The position numbers were made by a program, and so were the translations under genes. Shown piece after piece: positions 10,137 to 19,421 of a stretch of DNA of 64,000 bases. Source of the stretch: Candidatus Bathyarchaeia archaeon (lineage in GTDB: Archaea; Thermoproteota; Bathyarchaeia; Bathyarchaeales; Bathycorpusculaceae); NCBI GenBank assembly GCA_049516875.1, contig JBEKSS010000005.1:65983-129982 (forward strand), written 5' to 3'. Numbering within the stretch: the stretch's first letter is position 1; each line of letters begins with the position of its first letter. The notes under the pieces were generated by a model that worked only from the letters and a program-made list of their open reading frames with translations, had not been told where the DNA came from and ran no database searches.

Positions 10137-11195
10137 TCACTGCCAACCCCCACCCTCAATGCGTCTGTCATAGATTGTCACGCCTACGAAAGTGAAAAAC
10201 CCGAAGAACGCGACTACGACAAGTACTGGCAAAAGCGGGTTGTCTAAAGTCGTGACAGCTGCTCCCCAGCGGAAAAGATCCGTGACATACGTGAGCGGAT
10301 TCAAACTGGCCAGGCCAGCGTACAACGGGCTTGAAGCTTGCAGGACTACCAACGGGTACATTGCCGTGCTCAGGCGTACGATTAATGCGTCCAAAACGCC
10401 CATCAATATGTCAAAACGGTCGCTGGATTTTATTATCACCGCCAGCGTTATACTCATTCCCGACACTCCAAAGGCGAACAGAAAAAGCGCGAACAGAGAG
10501 ATCAAGAAGGCAATCGGGTTCAAGGAGCCAATGACGTATAACGACACGGCTATCAACGGTCCAACATAGATGAATGCCCTCAGCCCTCCGCCTATAGATC
10601 GACCTAAGACCAGTTGCCTCCTTGACACGGGCAGACTGAGAAGATACTCAAAGACTCCATGTTCTGCCTCTTCGTAAAGGTCAAATCCGATGAATATGGC
10701 AGCCGAGTAAAGAGTCATAACTGACAGGCCTGCTACGTAATAGCGAAAATAGTCAAGGAGCGAAACGACGTTGATCGAATAGTCATCTGCGATGTTACTG
10801 GACGAGAACTTTACAGACCACAAGCCAACGTCAGGACTGCTGAAGGCGAGCCCTAAACTGTAACTGCCTACTGATGAGTTGAAATATTGACTCTGTGATA
10901 ATGTGCCGTTTGGATAGTACACTTGAACCTCGCCGAATCCTTGCGCTGATGACACGTTGATAAGCATAGAGCCTGCACTGCTCGTGGAATTGACTTGGAA
11001 CAAGTATGTCTGGTAGGGTTCGAGATGCGTTGAACCTGTTGCCAGCGTTTGCGTAGGAATGTTGATCATACGCGAGGCAATCAGTCCGAAGAGCGCTATT
11101 TGGGAGACAAACCAGATGGCTCGCATGATTATCATGAACTTGTACTGGAAAAAAAGGCGTACGTCCCTTTCAATCACTAACAGTAGATTGTTCGT
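10137..11195 (-). CDS. ABC-2 type permease with inserted extracellular beta-rich domain
   Basis: FEYLLSLPVSR, STAMYP, LNPLTY. A ~100-aa Ser/Thr-rich insert follows TM1. Start is 11177 (GTG) or 11195 (ACG). Confidence 0.8.
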   Translation of the reverse strand, partial: TNNLLLVIERDVRLFFQYKFMIIMRAIWFVSQIALFGLIASRMINIPTQTLATGSTHLEPYQTYLFQVNSTSSAGSMLINVSSAQGFGEVQVYYPNGTLSQSQYFNSSVGSYSLGLAFSSPDVGLWSVKFSSSNIADDYSINVVSLLDYFRYYVAGLSVMTLYSAAIFIGFDLYEEAEHGVFEYLLSLPVSRRQLVLGRSIGGGLRAFIYVGPLIAVSLYVIGSLNPIAFLISLFALFLFAFGVSGMSITLAVIIKSSDRFDILMGVLDALIVRLSTAMYPLVVLQASSPLYAGLASLNPLTYVTDLFRWGAAVTTLDNPLLPVLVVVAFFGFFTFVGVTIYDRRIEGGGWQ

Positions 11196-11202
11196 GGACG
11201 GC

Positions 11203-12177
11203 TCACTCCTTGTCCTTCTGTGCTTCTTCGATGGTCAAGCCCGTGTAGTGTGCAAACACGTCGTCAAGGCTGGGTTCACTCATGCGAAAAGACAGTATCG
11301 GCACCTCCTGCTTGGCGAACATGTTCATTATTCTTGGAACAACCTCTTCAACCCGGTTCAGGTAAAGGCGCAGGTTTGAGGGCTTGACCTGCAGAACGTC
11401 CACAACTTCCTTGAGACCCTTGAGCTCCTCAACAACTCTTGCAGGAGCGGCCTTCTCGAGTTGAACGTCAACGATGTCACCTCCCACAATGCTGTCCTTG
11501 AGCTTCTTGGGTGTGTCACACACGAGTAGCTTGCCCTTGTGCAATATTCCAACTCTGTCTGAGAGTTTGTCAGCCTCGTAGAGCTCGTTCGTCGCCAGAA
11601 TGATGGTGCTTCCCTCGTCTCGGAGTTCAAAGAGCATGTTCCAAATCCTGTGTTTGCCGACGATGTCGATTTGGGCTGTGGGTTCGTCGACGATGGCTAC
11701 TTTAGGCCTCTGAATCAGAACCTTCGCCATCTCCACCCTTTTACGCATGCCACCTGAAAGCGCATGAACGTTCTTTTTGCGGGCATCCCACATGTCCATC
11801 GCGTCGAGCACCTCCTTCACCCTTCGCTTCCGCTCTGCTGTAGACAAGCCGCAAACCTTGGCATGCCAGTTAACGATGTCCCAGGGCGTGCTAACCCACA
11901 GCATCTTGGGCTCTTGGAAAGCTATGCCCAGCAGTCCACGCACTTTTTCGGGTTGTTTTCGTATGTCATACTCGCCTACGCAGGCTGTGCCTTCTGTGGG
12001 TTTGATGACCGTGGCGAGCATCAGAATAGCGGTGGTTTTGCCCGCGCCGTTTGGCCCCAGAAGCCCTAGGATTTCGCCGTCTTCTATGTCCAAGTTTAGA
12101 TGATCAACTGCTGTGGCATTTCCAAATTTTTTTGTAAGATTTTGAATTCGAATTATAGGCGGCACTTCTTGCACCAA
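11203..12177 (-). CDS. ABC transporter ATP-binding protein (DrrA-like)
   Basis: GPNGAGKT, LSGGM, IVDEPT, C-terminal SLDDVF. Confidence 0.92.
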   Translation of the reverse strand: MVQEVPPIIRIQNLTKKFGNATAVDHLNLDIEDGEILGLLGPNGAGKTTAILMLATVIKPTEGTACVGEYDIRKQPEKVRGLLGIAFQEPKMLWVSTPWDIVNWHAKVCGLSTAERKRRVKEVLDAMDMWDARKKNVHALSGGMRKRVEMAKVLIQRPKVAIVDEPTAQIDIVGKHRIWNMLFELRDEGSTIILATNELYEADKLSDRVGILHKGKLLVCDTPKKLKDSIVGGDIVDVQLEKAAPARVVEELKGLKEVVDVLQVKPSNLRLYLNRVEEVVPRIMNMFAKQEVPILSFRMSEPSLDDVFAHYTGLTIEEAQKDKE

Positions 12178-12235
12178 ATGAAGGAACGTATAACGAGAAT
12201 CTAACTAATTAAGATGTTTCAGCCTAACAAACGGG

Positions 12236-12787
12236 TCATTCCACCACATATCTGAAAGATATGTGTTCGCCGGCCGTCAGGCTCTTCCTGATCACGCGCA
12301 GTATGTCGCCTGGCTTAGCGCCTATGGCTTTGACACATGGGTCCAAAGAGCTTATTTGCGGCAGTTGGTACGCGTGGACCTTGTACCGTGCGAGCAACTG
12401 TTCTTTCTCTTCTTCCGGCAGGATTTCATGTTTTGGAACAAGTTTGTGTTGGAACAAGTCGAAGGCTGGGAATGTTTTGGGCAAAAGCTCTATCTTTTTC
12501 TTCTTTGCACCAAGCTTGACCGCATGCGTATATCTTCCATCTGTAACTATTATCCCTCTTTCCACTTCAGCGTCCTTCATCGCTTTTGTGGCGCGGTTTA
12601 TGCTGTTTATGCCCACTGTTGTTTCGCCCGGGACGCACCATATGAGCGCTTTTTCCTTCTCCTTCGGCATGTTAACGACGTAGCCTATTGCATCTTCATG
12701 TTTCTGTTTCTCAATCAGTTTGTAACCTCTGAGTTTAATCAGGGTTTCAGCTTTCCGTTCTTCCAAAGTGACTTCTTTCTTGCTCAA
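12236..12787 (-). CDS. rpoH: RNA polymerase subunit H/Rpo5 with N-terminal Rpb5-like domain
   Basis: C-terminal HKLVPKHEIL..LLARY..QLPQI..DP..GAKPGDILRVIRKSLTAG..FRYVV, plus a ~105-aa N-terminal extension. TTG start proposed at 12787. Confidence 0.9.
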   Translation of the reverse strand: MSKKEVTLEERKAETLIKLRGYKLIEKQKHEDAIGYVVNMPKEKEKALIWCVPGETTVGINSINRATKAMKDAEVERGIIVTDGRYTHAVKLGAKKKKIELLPKTFPAFDLFQHKLVPKHEILPEEEKEQLLARYKVHAYQLPQISSLDPCVKAIGAKPGDILRVIRKSLTAGEHISFRYVVE

Positions 12788-12883
12788 ACTTACCCGTCCC
12801 GGAAACATTCGAAACCTAAACAACGCATTAACCCTTAAACCTTACGCTCTCGTCCTCTGAAAGCGTTACAACCGCAAATCTGT

Positions 12884-13561
12884 TTAGACGCGAAGTGTCA
12901 CGGTCTCGGCATACTTTTTCATGCTTTCAGCAAAGCCTGCGATACTCACCGGTGAGTAGGGTTTAAGAGAGGTGAACGCCTTGTCCAAGGTGTCGCCTGG
13001 CACGAATTGTTGCAGGACAAAGTTTTTTGCACCCTTGACAAGCTCGCCTATCCCAACGATGTCTTCTTCGCCGACAAAACCCGGCACAACAGTCGTTCTG
13101 AACTCGCACTCGACTTTTCCAGTCTTCAGAATCTCGATCGTACGCACGAGCTCCGCTGTGTCTTTCGCTCCCAAACGTACATATTTTCCAAGACTGGTTT
13201 TCACGTCCAGTGCCACGTAGTCTACGTAGGGCAAGCACTCTTCTAACGCCCATGAGTTAAGGCCATTTGTGTCAAGTTTGACTGAGAAGCTTCTTTCCTT
13301 TAGCCTCTTCAAAAACTTCGGCAGTTCCCTGTGAACGGTGGGCTCTCCACCTGTGACGACAACAGCATCCACAAACCTCCTGCGTTCCTCCAGAATCTTA
13401 AGAGCCGTTTCGTCGTTCAAAAACGGAGGCTTGGGGTCGACGACTATCCTCCAGTTGTGACAGTATGGACAGCGCAGGTTACAGCCAGGAGTGAACAGAA
13501 CTGAGGCCACACGATTTGGGAAGTCAACCAAGCTTGTCTTTTGAATGCCGCTGAACTTCAT
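12884..13561 (-). CDS. nrdG: Anaerobic ribonucleotide reductase activating radical SAM enzyme
   Basis: GCNLRCPYCHN, TGGEPT, LDTNG; directly downstream of nrdD. Confidence 0.93.
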   Translation of the reverse strand: MKFSGIQKTSLVDFPNRVASVLFTPGCNLRCPYCHNWRIVVDPKPPFLNDETALKILEERRRFVDAVVVTGGEPTVHRELPKFLKRLKERSFSVKLDTNGLNSWALEECLPYVDYVALDVKTSLGKYVRLGAKDTAELVRTIEILKTGKVECEFRTTVVPGFVGEEDIVGIGELVKGAKNFVLQQFVPGDTLDKAFTSLKPYSPVSIAGFAESMKKYAETVTLRV

Positions 13562-13572
13562 GGACTTTTCAC

Positions 13573-15690
13573 TCAAGCGGCCACTGCCTGCATGACTACC
13601 GACTTGTCGAAGGTTCTGCGAATAGCAAACTCTGCCTGCTTGCCGTCGTTCCATTGGTCAACTGGTCTCAGGTAGCCCACCACCCTCGAGTAGACCTCGC
13701 ATTTTGCTCCACACGTTGGGCATTGCTTGTGTTCTCCGTTTATGTATCCGTGCGTCGGGCATATGCTGAAGGTAGGCGTTAGGGTGAAGTAGGGCAGGTG
13801 TGTGCTCCACGCAACCTTCTTGACGAGTTCGACAGTAGACTTCCACGAATAGAGTCTTTCTCCAAGAAAAATGTGGAAGACTGTTCCGCCTGTGTAGAGT
13901 GTCTGCAGCTTGTCTTGATGCTGCAAAGCCTCAAACAGGTCGCCCTCGTAGTCCACGGGTAACTGTGAAGAGTTGGTGTAGAAAGGTTCTGCTCCGTTTG
14001 CCACGTTTCTCTGGTTAGCCGCAATCATCTCCGGATGCTTCTTCCTGTCAATGCGTGCAAGCCTATAGCTCGTTCCCTCCGCTGGTGTCGCCTCAAGATT
14101 GTAGATGTTGCCCGTTTGTTGCTGATAGTCCGACAGCTTTTCACGCATGAACGTCAGCACTCTGATGGCGAACTCTGTTCCATCGGTTGAGGCAATGTTA
14201 ACGCCGAACAGGTTTAGGACAGCTTCATTCATCCCTACGATACCTATGGTTGAAAAATGGTTCTTCCAGAAACGGTCAAAACCCTCTTTGACGTTTCGCA
14301 GATAACGTTTAGAGTACGGATACAACCCGTTCTCGGTAAACGTTTCCAACACCTTGCGTTTTATCTCTAAGCTGTCACGGGCTATCTCCATAAGCGCTTC
14401 TAACCGCTCGAAGAACTCATCTTCATCCTTTGCCAGATAGCCTATCCTGGGCATGTTCAGGGTCACGACACCTATAGATCCCGTCAGTGGGTTTGCCCCG
14501 AAGAAGCCGCCTCCTCTCTTGCGTAGTTCCCGATTATCTATCCTCAAGCGACAGCACATACTTCGAACGTCCTCAGGTTTCATGTCGCTGTTGATGAAGT
14601 TGGAAAAGTAGGGTACACCGTACTTGGCGGTGACTTCAAAGATTTTCTGGCACGCAGGCGTGTTCCAATCAAAACTCTTCGTAATGCAGTACGTGGGTAT
14701 CGGAAACGTGAATACTCTGCCCTTCGAGTCACCTTGGCTCATCACCTCTGCAAATGCCGAGTTGAACATGTCCATCTCTGCCTGCAGGTCACCGTACGCT
14801 GCGTCCATGGTTTTTCCGCCCATCATTACTGCTTCATTCTTCATAAAGTCCGGAACCGTCAAATCCAACGTCACGTTGGTGAAGGGTGTTTGAAAGCCGA
14901 CCCGAGTGGGAACGTTCATGTTAAAGAAGAACTCTTGCAGCCCCTGCTCAACCTCTCTTTGACTCAGCCCGTCATAATGTATGAACGGCGCCAGGTAAGT
15001 GTCAAAAGTGCTGAACGCTTGGGCTCCAGCAGCTTCGCCCTGAAGAGTGTAGAAGAAGTTGACAATCTGTCCTAGGGCTGTTCTGAAGTGTTTTGCAGGC
15101 TTGCTTTCAATTTTTCCCGAAACGCCTCCAAACCCTGACGTGAGCAGCTCTCTCAGGTCCCAGCCCACGCAGTAAGCTCCTAGGACGCCGAGGTCGTGGA
15201 TGTGCATATCCCCGGAAAAATGGGCCTCGGCTATGAGCGGCGGGTAAATCCTGCTGATCCAGTACTTGGCTATAACGGTGGACGAGAGATAGTTGTTCAA
15301 GCCTTGCAGGGAGTAACTCATATTGGAATTCTCCCGCACACGCCAATCCTCAATCTCTAAATACTGATCCACAAGGTCTGCATCGCTTAGGAGTGCAGCC
15401 AGCTCTCTTTGATCCTGGTGTTGCTTCCTGTAAAGAATGTAAGCCTTGGCGGTTCTCGCGTGGCCGTTCTCTATGAGCATGTTTTCAACTAGATCCTGAA
15501 TCTCTTCCACCGTTGGAACGCCATCGTCTCCAAAACGGTTCTTGAGTTCGGCCAAAACCTGATCGCTTATTCTCCTAGCTTGTTCACGGTCTTTCCCGCC
15601 TACGGCTTTGGCGGCTTTCCAAATTGCGTTTGTTATTCGGTCCTGATCAAACGGTTCTAATCTTCCATCACGTTTTCTGACGGACTTCAT
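13573..15690 (-). CDS. nrdD: Class III anaerobic ribonucleoside-triphosphate reductase with ATP cone
   Basis: ATP cone (VRKRDG), SMCCRL finger loop, EATPAE, CPTH..CPTC Zn site, YSRVVGYLRP glycyl-radical motif. Confidence 0.95.
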   Translation of the reverse strand: MKSVRKRDGRLEPFDQDRITNAIWKAAKAVGGKDREQARRISDQVLAELKNRFGDDGVPTVEEIQDLVENMLIENGHARTAKAYILYRKQHQDQRELAALLSDADLVDQYLEIEDWRVRENSNMSYSLQGLNNYLSSTVIAKYWISRIYPPLIAEAHFSGDMHIHDLGVLGAYCVGWDLRELLTSGFGGVSGKIESKPAKHFRTALGQIVNFFYTLQGEAAGAQAFSTFDTYLAPFIHYDGLSQREVEQGLQEFFFNMNVPTRVGFQTPFTNVTLDLTVPDFMKNEAVMMGGKTMDAAYGDLQAEMDMFNSAFAEVMSQGDSKGRVFTFPIPTYCITKSFDWNTPACQKIFEVTAKYGVPYFSNFINSDMKPEDVRSMCCRLRIDNRELRKRGGGFFGANPLTGSIGVVTLNMPRIGYLAKDEDEFFERLEALMEIARDSLEIKRKVLETFTENGLYPYSKRYLRNVKEGFDRFWKNHFSTIGIVGMNEAVLNLFGVNIASTDGTEFAIRVLTFMREKLSDYQQQTGNIYNLEATPAEGTSYRLARIDRKKHPEMIAANQRNVANGAEPFYTNSSQLPVDYEGDLFEALQHQDKLQTLYTGGTVFHIFLGERLYSWKSTVELVKKVAWSTHLPYFTLTPTFSICPTHGYINGEHKQCPTCGAKCEVYSRVVGYLRPVDQWNDGKQAEFAIRRTFDKSVVMQAVAA

Positions 15691-16136
15691 GTTTTTACCT
15701 CTTTAATTAATCTCTGAAAATCTTCAGGTTCCTCGAATTCCCTGTAGACCGAGGCGAACCTAATGTAAGCCAATCTGTCAAGTTTTTTCAGATATTTCAT
15801 GACTAGATCCCCTATTTCCCGGGAACTGACTTCCTCTTTTCCAAGAGCCATCAAGTCTTGTCTGACGTGCTCCGCCAATTCGCGGATTTGGTCCATCGTC
15901 ACGGGTCTTTTTTCGCAGGCTTTTTGCAGACCTCTAATGATCTTGTTGAGGTCAAAGCGTTCAGGCCTACCGTCTTTCTTCTTCACCATCAACTCCACGG
16001 TTTCCACGTACTCGTATGAGGTGAAGCGCTTTCCACAATCTTCGCATTCCTTGCGTCTCCTAACGGTGTTGTCGGGCGAATCCCTGGTTTCAAGAGTTTT
16101 GAGGCTCTCAGACCCGCAATATGGACACTTCATCAT
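15687..16136 (-). CDS. nrdR: Transcriptional repressor NrdR
   Basis: CPYC..RRRKEC..CGKRFTSYE Zn ribbon, ATP cone, AYIRFASVYREF; ATGA overlap with nrdD. Confidence 0.95.
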   Translation of the reverse strand: MMKCPYCGSESLKTLETRDSPDNTVRRRKECEDCGKRFTSYEYVETVELMVKKKDGRPERFDLNKIIRGLQKACEKRPVTMDQIRELAEHVRQDLMALGKEEVSSREIGDLVMKYLKKLDRLAYIRFASVYREFEEPEDFQRLIKEVKT

Positions 16137-16153
16137 GATCACGACCGTGCGCT

Positions 16154-16202
16154 TCACAACTCTTAGTGTTTCTATAACTAGAGCAGACACTAAACGTAGC
16201 GT
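16154..16202. promoter_or_regulatory. Tandem NrdR boxes
   Basis: TCACAACTCTTAGTGT (16154-16169) and ACACTAAACGTAGCGT (16187-16202) both match the core of the NrdR-box consensus acaCwAtATaTwGtgt. They are 33 bp apart, between the TATA box and the nrdR start. Confidence 0.7.
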
Positions 16203-16207
16203 TTCGT

Positions 16208-16224
16208 TATTTAAACCCTTTTCA
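16208..16224 (-). promoter_or_regulatory. BRE/TATA promoter of nrdR-nrdD-nrdG
   Basis: Minus strand reads GAAAAGGG-TTTAAATAA. Confidence 0.55.
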
Positions 16225-16498
16225 CATTAACATCGAAATCGTTAATCGAACATACAAAGGAAACATGCCTGAAATATACATGATCAGCGAAAAAAACAGT
16301 GGCAAAACAAGTGTTTCTGGATGAAACAGCTTCAATTCTCGGCGATAGAATGCGACTTTAAGATTTTCGAACGAAAACCTCGAATACAGGAGAGATGCGC
16401 GGGCTGATTCAGCGCAAAGAAGCTAAATTCGTACCAATTGAAAATCAAAAGCTCCTTTATGCCCACAGGTTCGAAGCGAGGATTGTTGCATATGCTTC

Positions 16499-17773
16499 TC
16501 ATGTCGGTTGCGACTCGAAGGTCTGATCGCATCTTGGTTGATTCCCTTTTCCAGTCCTTGATAAGGCGAAAATTACGGCTGCCGCCAGCAGTATTACACT
16601 TGAAGCCCAAAAGACACCAAAATACTGAAAGATTGTGGCAAGTATAAAACCGCTTATTATGGGTCCTAGTGTCTGTCCGACATCCATTACCGTGTCCAAG
16701 AAACCCATGGACGTGCCGACAAACTCTGTCGCGACGAGCTCGCACATCAAGGGAGACGTTGACGCAGTCGTGGTTGCAAAACCGAAGCCATAAATAAGCG
16801 ATAGCAGAAGCAAAGTTGGAAAGTCGGAGAAATATGGGATTGCCACCAGCGGGATAACGCATATTACTAAACCGATGATTATCGGTTTCCGCCTTCCTAT
16901 TCTGTCCGAAAGCCTACCCATGTAGGCTCTAACGAATAATGCTAGGACAATGAGGCTGCCAGTGACGGCGGCTGTCGAAAAGAAGTCGAAGTGCAGGTTG
17001 TCCTTTAAATAACCAGACAGAAAATAGTCCACTGTTCCATACGAATAATAGACAGAAGCTTGAACGAGGCTGACCGTCAAGACAGAACGATTCTTAGCCA
17101 AAGTGCCCCACCCAGTATACAGCCGTCTTGGAGTCTTTGATTCTCTTGAAATAGTAGCGACACGTGGCTTTCTTTCCGCTAGGAAGACCAACCCCATGAT
17201 AAAAGTAGCTAGTCCAGACGCTGCTACAGCCAAATACATCAAATGATAATTGTAGAGGGGGTCAGAACTCCTGGCGGTGGTGAATAGTATATATCCTCCG
17301 AGGAAAGGGGCAAGACCTCTTCCAACGTATGTCGCAGAAGTGAAAAGCGAAATACGTTCACCCCGTTGGGTGGGAAACAGTTCAGCCATTGATGCTTCGG
17401 CTACGGGCACGAAAATGGCAGTCGCAAATCCGTGATAGAATCTTACAAGGATGAGCTGCCACCACGAGGTAATTAATAGGTAGAGGAAAGGGGCGGTAGC
17501 GAAAACCAAGGAGGCTAGCAGCAGAAACTTCCTTCTACCGTATATATCCGAAAGAGAAGCTGCTGGCAAGCTGACTAGAATGCCCGGGATAGTTGAGGCC
17601 GCCCCGACGAGACCTGACCAATCGGTCGGGGTTTGGAGTACAGTCGCAAAAGGGTTTAGCAATGTCTTGGACATAGTTGAGCTCAGGATCGCGAAGAGCC
17701 CCATGATACAGAGTATCAGAAAAATGCTTCTTCCAACGTTTATGGTTTGCAGACCCATACTCGGACTCTTCAA
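16499..17773 (-). CDS. MFS transporter
   Basis: About 12 TM segments; SLSDIYGRRK and GRLSDRIGRRK motif A. Confidence 0.92.
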   Translation of the reverse strand: MKSPSMGLQTINVGRSIFLILCIMGLFAILSSTMSKTLLNPFATVLQTPTDWSGLVGAASTIPGILVSLPAASLSDIYGRRKFLLLASLVFATAPFLYLLITSWWQLILVRFYHGFATAIFVPVAEASMAELFPTQRGERISLFTSATYVGRGLAPFLGGYILFTTARSSDPLYNYHLMYLAVAASGLATFIMGLVFLAERKPRVATISRESKTPRRLYTGWGTLAKNRSVLTVSLVQASVYYSYGTVDYFLSGYLKDNLHFDFFSTAAVTGSLIVLALFVRAYMGRLSDRIGRRKPIIIGLVICVIPLVAIPYFSDFPTLLLLSLIYGFGFATTTASTSPLMCELVATEFVGTSMGFLDTVMDVGQTLGPIISGFILATIFQYFGVFWASSVILLAAAVIFALSRTGKGNQPRCDQTFESQPT

Positions 17774-17972
17774 TTTTCAGCTTTTCCAAGCGTTACAGCC
17801 GCAGGCTTGATTTAACGCTTTTGCCTTCAATTATGCTCAGCTAGTATTTAGTTTGTGCTCCAAGCTCGCTTAGAGTCGCGTAGTGAGTATCCACTACCCG
17901 AAGAGCTCTGTTGAAGGTTTCAATGTAGGTTTTCGACGTTTTCCCAGGTTGTTTACCGCAGTCCAACGGTGA

Positions 17973-18482
17973 CTATTCTGATAGTTTCTTTCTTAGAAAT
18001 TCTCTCCTCTCTTTTCGATCCATCTTTTCAATTTCAGTCTTGTACTTCTGACGAAGCAATTTCAGCCTGCAGAATGCGTAAAAAGCATCATAGACTGGTC
18101 TGGCCTTTTCGATGGCTTCATGATCATCTTTTGCAACAATAGAGATTCCTGTTATCACAGCATCAAGTCCAGCCGCCTCGATGGCTTCAGGTTTGTCCGT
18201 GTCAGCCGTGCGCACGATGTTTGCCAACTCCAACACTGCAGGATCCTTAATCTTGTACTTTTCGACAAACGCATCGAAACTGCACTTGTTGCCGTGATGA
18301 CCAAGCTCGACACTGGGCGCATCATAAGGTATGGCCTTTTCCTTTTTGACAATTTCAGGCATTTTCTCGCTAGGCACAAAGATGAATTCAGCTTTTGGAT
18401 CTATGAATCTTTTTATGAGCCATGGACAAGCCGTTCTGTCCACATGCACATATTCTCGAGTTACCCACTTCAGAACCTTCAC
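17973..18482 (-). CDS. Chromate resistance ChrB-domain protein
   Basis: KWVTRE..HVDRTACPWLIKRFIDPKAEFIFV, CSFDA, LANIVRTAD, EAAGLDA. Confidence 0.82.
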   Translation of the reverse strand: MKVLKWVTREYVHVDRTACPWLIKRFIDPKAEFIFVPSEKMPEIVKKEKAIPYDAPSVELGHHGNKCSFDAFVEKYKIKDPAVLELANIVRTADTDKPEAIEAAGLDAVITGISIVAKDDHEAIEKARPVYDAFYAFCRLKLLRQKYKTEIEKMDRKERREFLRKKLSE

Positions 18483-18589
18483 CTTTCGGAGATTGTCTGT
18501 TCCAAGCAGTTAAGCTTTGCGCGCGTTTTCGAAAAGGTTGCAACCAAAAACGCTTGGAAATCAGCGAAGATAGGACGACAGGGGCTGGC

Positions 18590-18893
18590 ACGTTTGTCTT
18601 CACTCAGCTATCGTTCGGAGACAGTAGGCGGAAGAGGTTACCTAGGCCCAGCTGCTACGCTACTCGACCGTCGTCGGCAGAACCTTGCGTCTGCTCTGAC
18701 CTGCCAGGCAATGAACTTCCTTTTCGAGAAGGGGATTAATTCAGTGGCGTTACACACCTCGGAGCAAAACGTTGCGTCAATGACTCTACTTCAGGGAATT
18801 GGTTTCATGATTGGCCACTGTTGGAAGTTTATGCGCGAGGATATCTCTCAATGGCCCAGTCAGACCAGTTTGCTCAAAGGAGAAACTGATTAA
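18590..18893 (+). pseudogene. C-terminal remnant of a GNAT acetyltransferase
   Basis: GYLGPAAT..RRRQNLASAL..VALHTSEQNVASMTLLQGIGF resembles GNAT motifs A/B. No credible N-terminus; 5' boundary approximate. Confidence 0.5.
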
Positions 18894-18941
18894 GGAAAGC
18901 GGACGTGAAGAAAATGTGCCGAAAATGGGGCAAAATTACCT

Positions 18942-19415
18942 TCACTGCTTCTTGCTGTGGACCGCCTCTTTCTCTAAGTCCAGTTCCCTCACTCTTGTTT
19001 CAATGAACTCTGCGACCTTGTCTTGGCTGTACTTGTTTTCTTGCTCCTGTTTTCTCAGCTGCTCATTGATTGTGCTCAACACTTTTTCCACGTCAAACGG
19101 TTTCATTATGTATGCGTCCGCACCTCTGTTCACCGCGCCCACAGCGTTCTGTAGCGTCGGATAACCGGTGATTATTATCTTCCGCATTCTAGGCGTTGTG
19201 TCCCTAATTTTCGTCAAGAGGTCTATTCCTTCCATGTCAGGCAGTCGAATGTCTATTAGGGCCAGATTGTAAAACCTCTTTTCGGTTCTTTTTATCGCCT
19301 CTCTAGCCGTGCCTACTGCCTCGATGTTATAGCCCTTATCTTCGAGGATTGCCATGAGTACCTTTCTTATGTTTTCGTCGTCGTCAATTATGAGGATTCT
19401 CGCGTCGCTATCCAT
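18942..19415 (-). CDS. Response regulator receiver protein
   Basis: ILIIDDD, LIDIRLPDMEG, IITG, YIMKPF; SD GGAGGTGA. Confidence 0.92.
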   Translation of the reverse strand: MDSDARILIIDDDENIRKVLMAILEDKGYNIEAVGTAREAIKRTEKRFYNLALIDIRLPDMEGIDLLTKIRDTTPRMRKIIITGYPTLQNAVGAVNRGADAYIMKPFDVEKVLSTINEQLRKQEQENKYSQDKVAEFIETRVRELDLEKEAVHSKKQ

Positions 19416-19421
19416 GCTTCC

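Noticed and set aside
18120-18590. N-terminal part of the 257-aa + strand ORF
   Set aside because: Antisense shadow of the ChrB gene; only the 3' GNAT-like part looks coding
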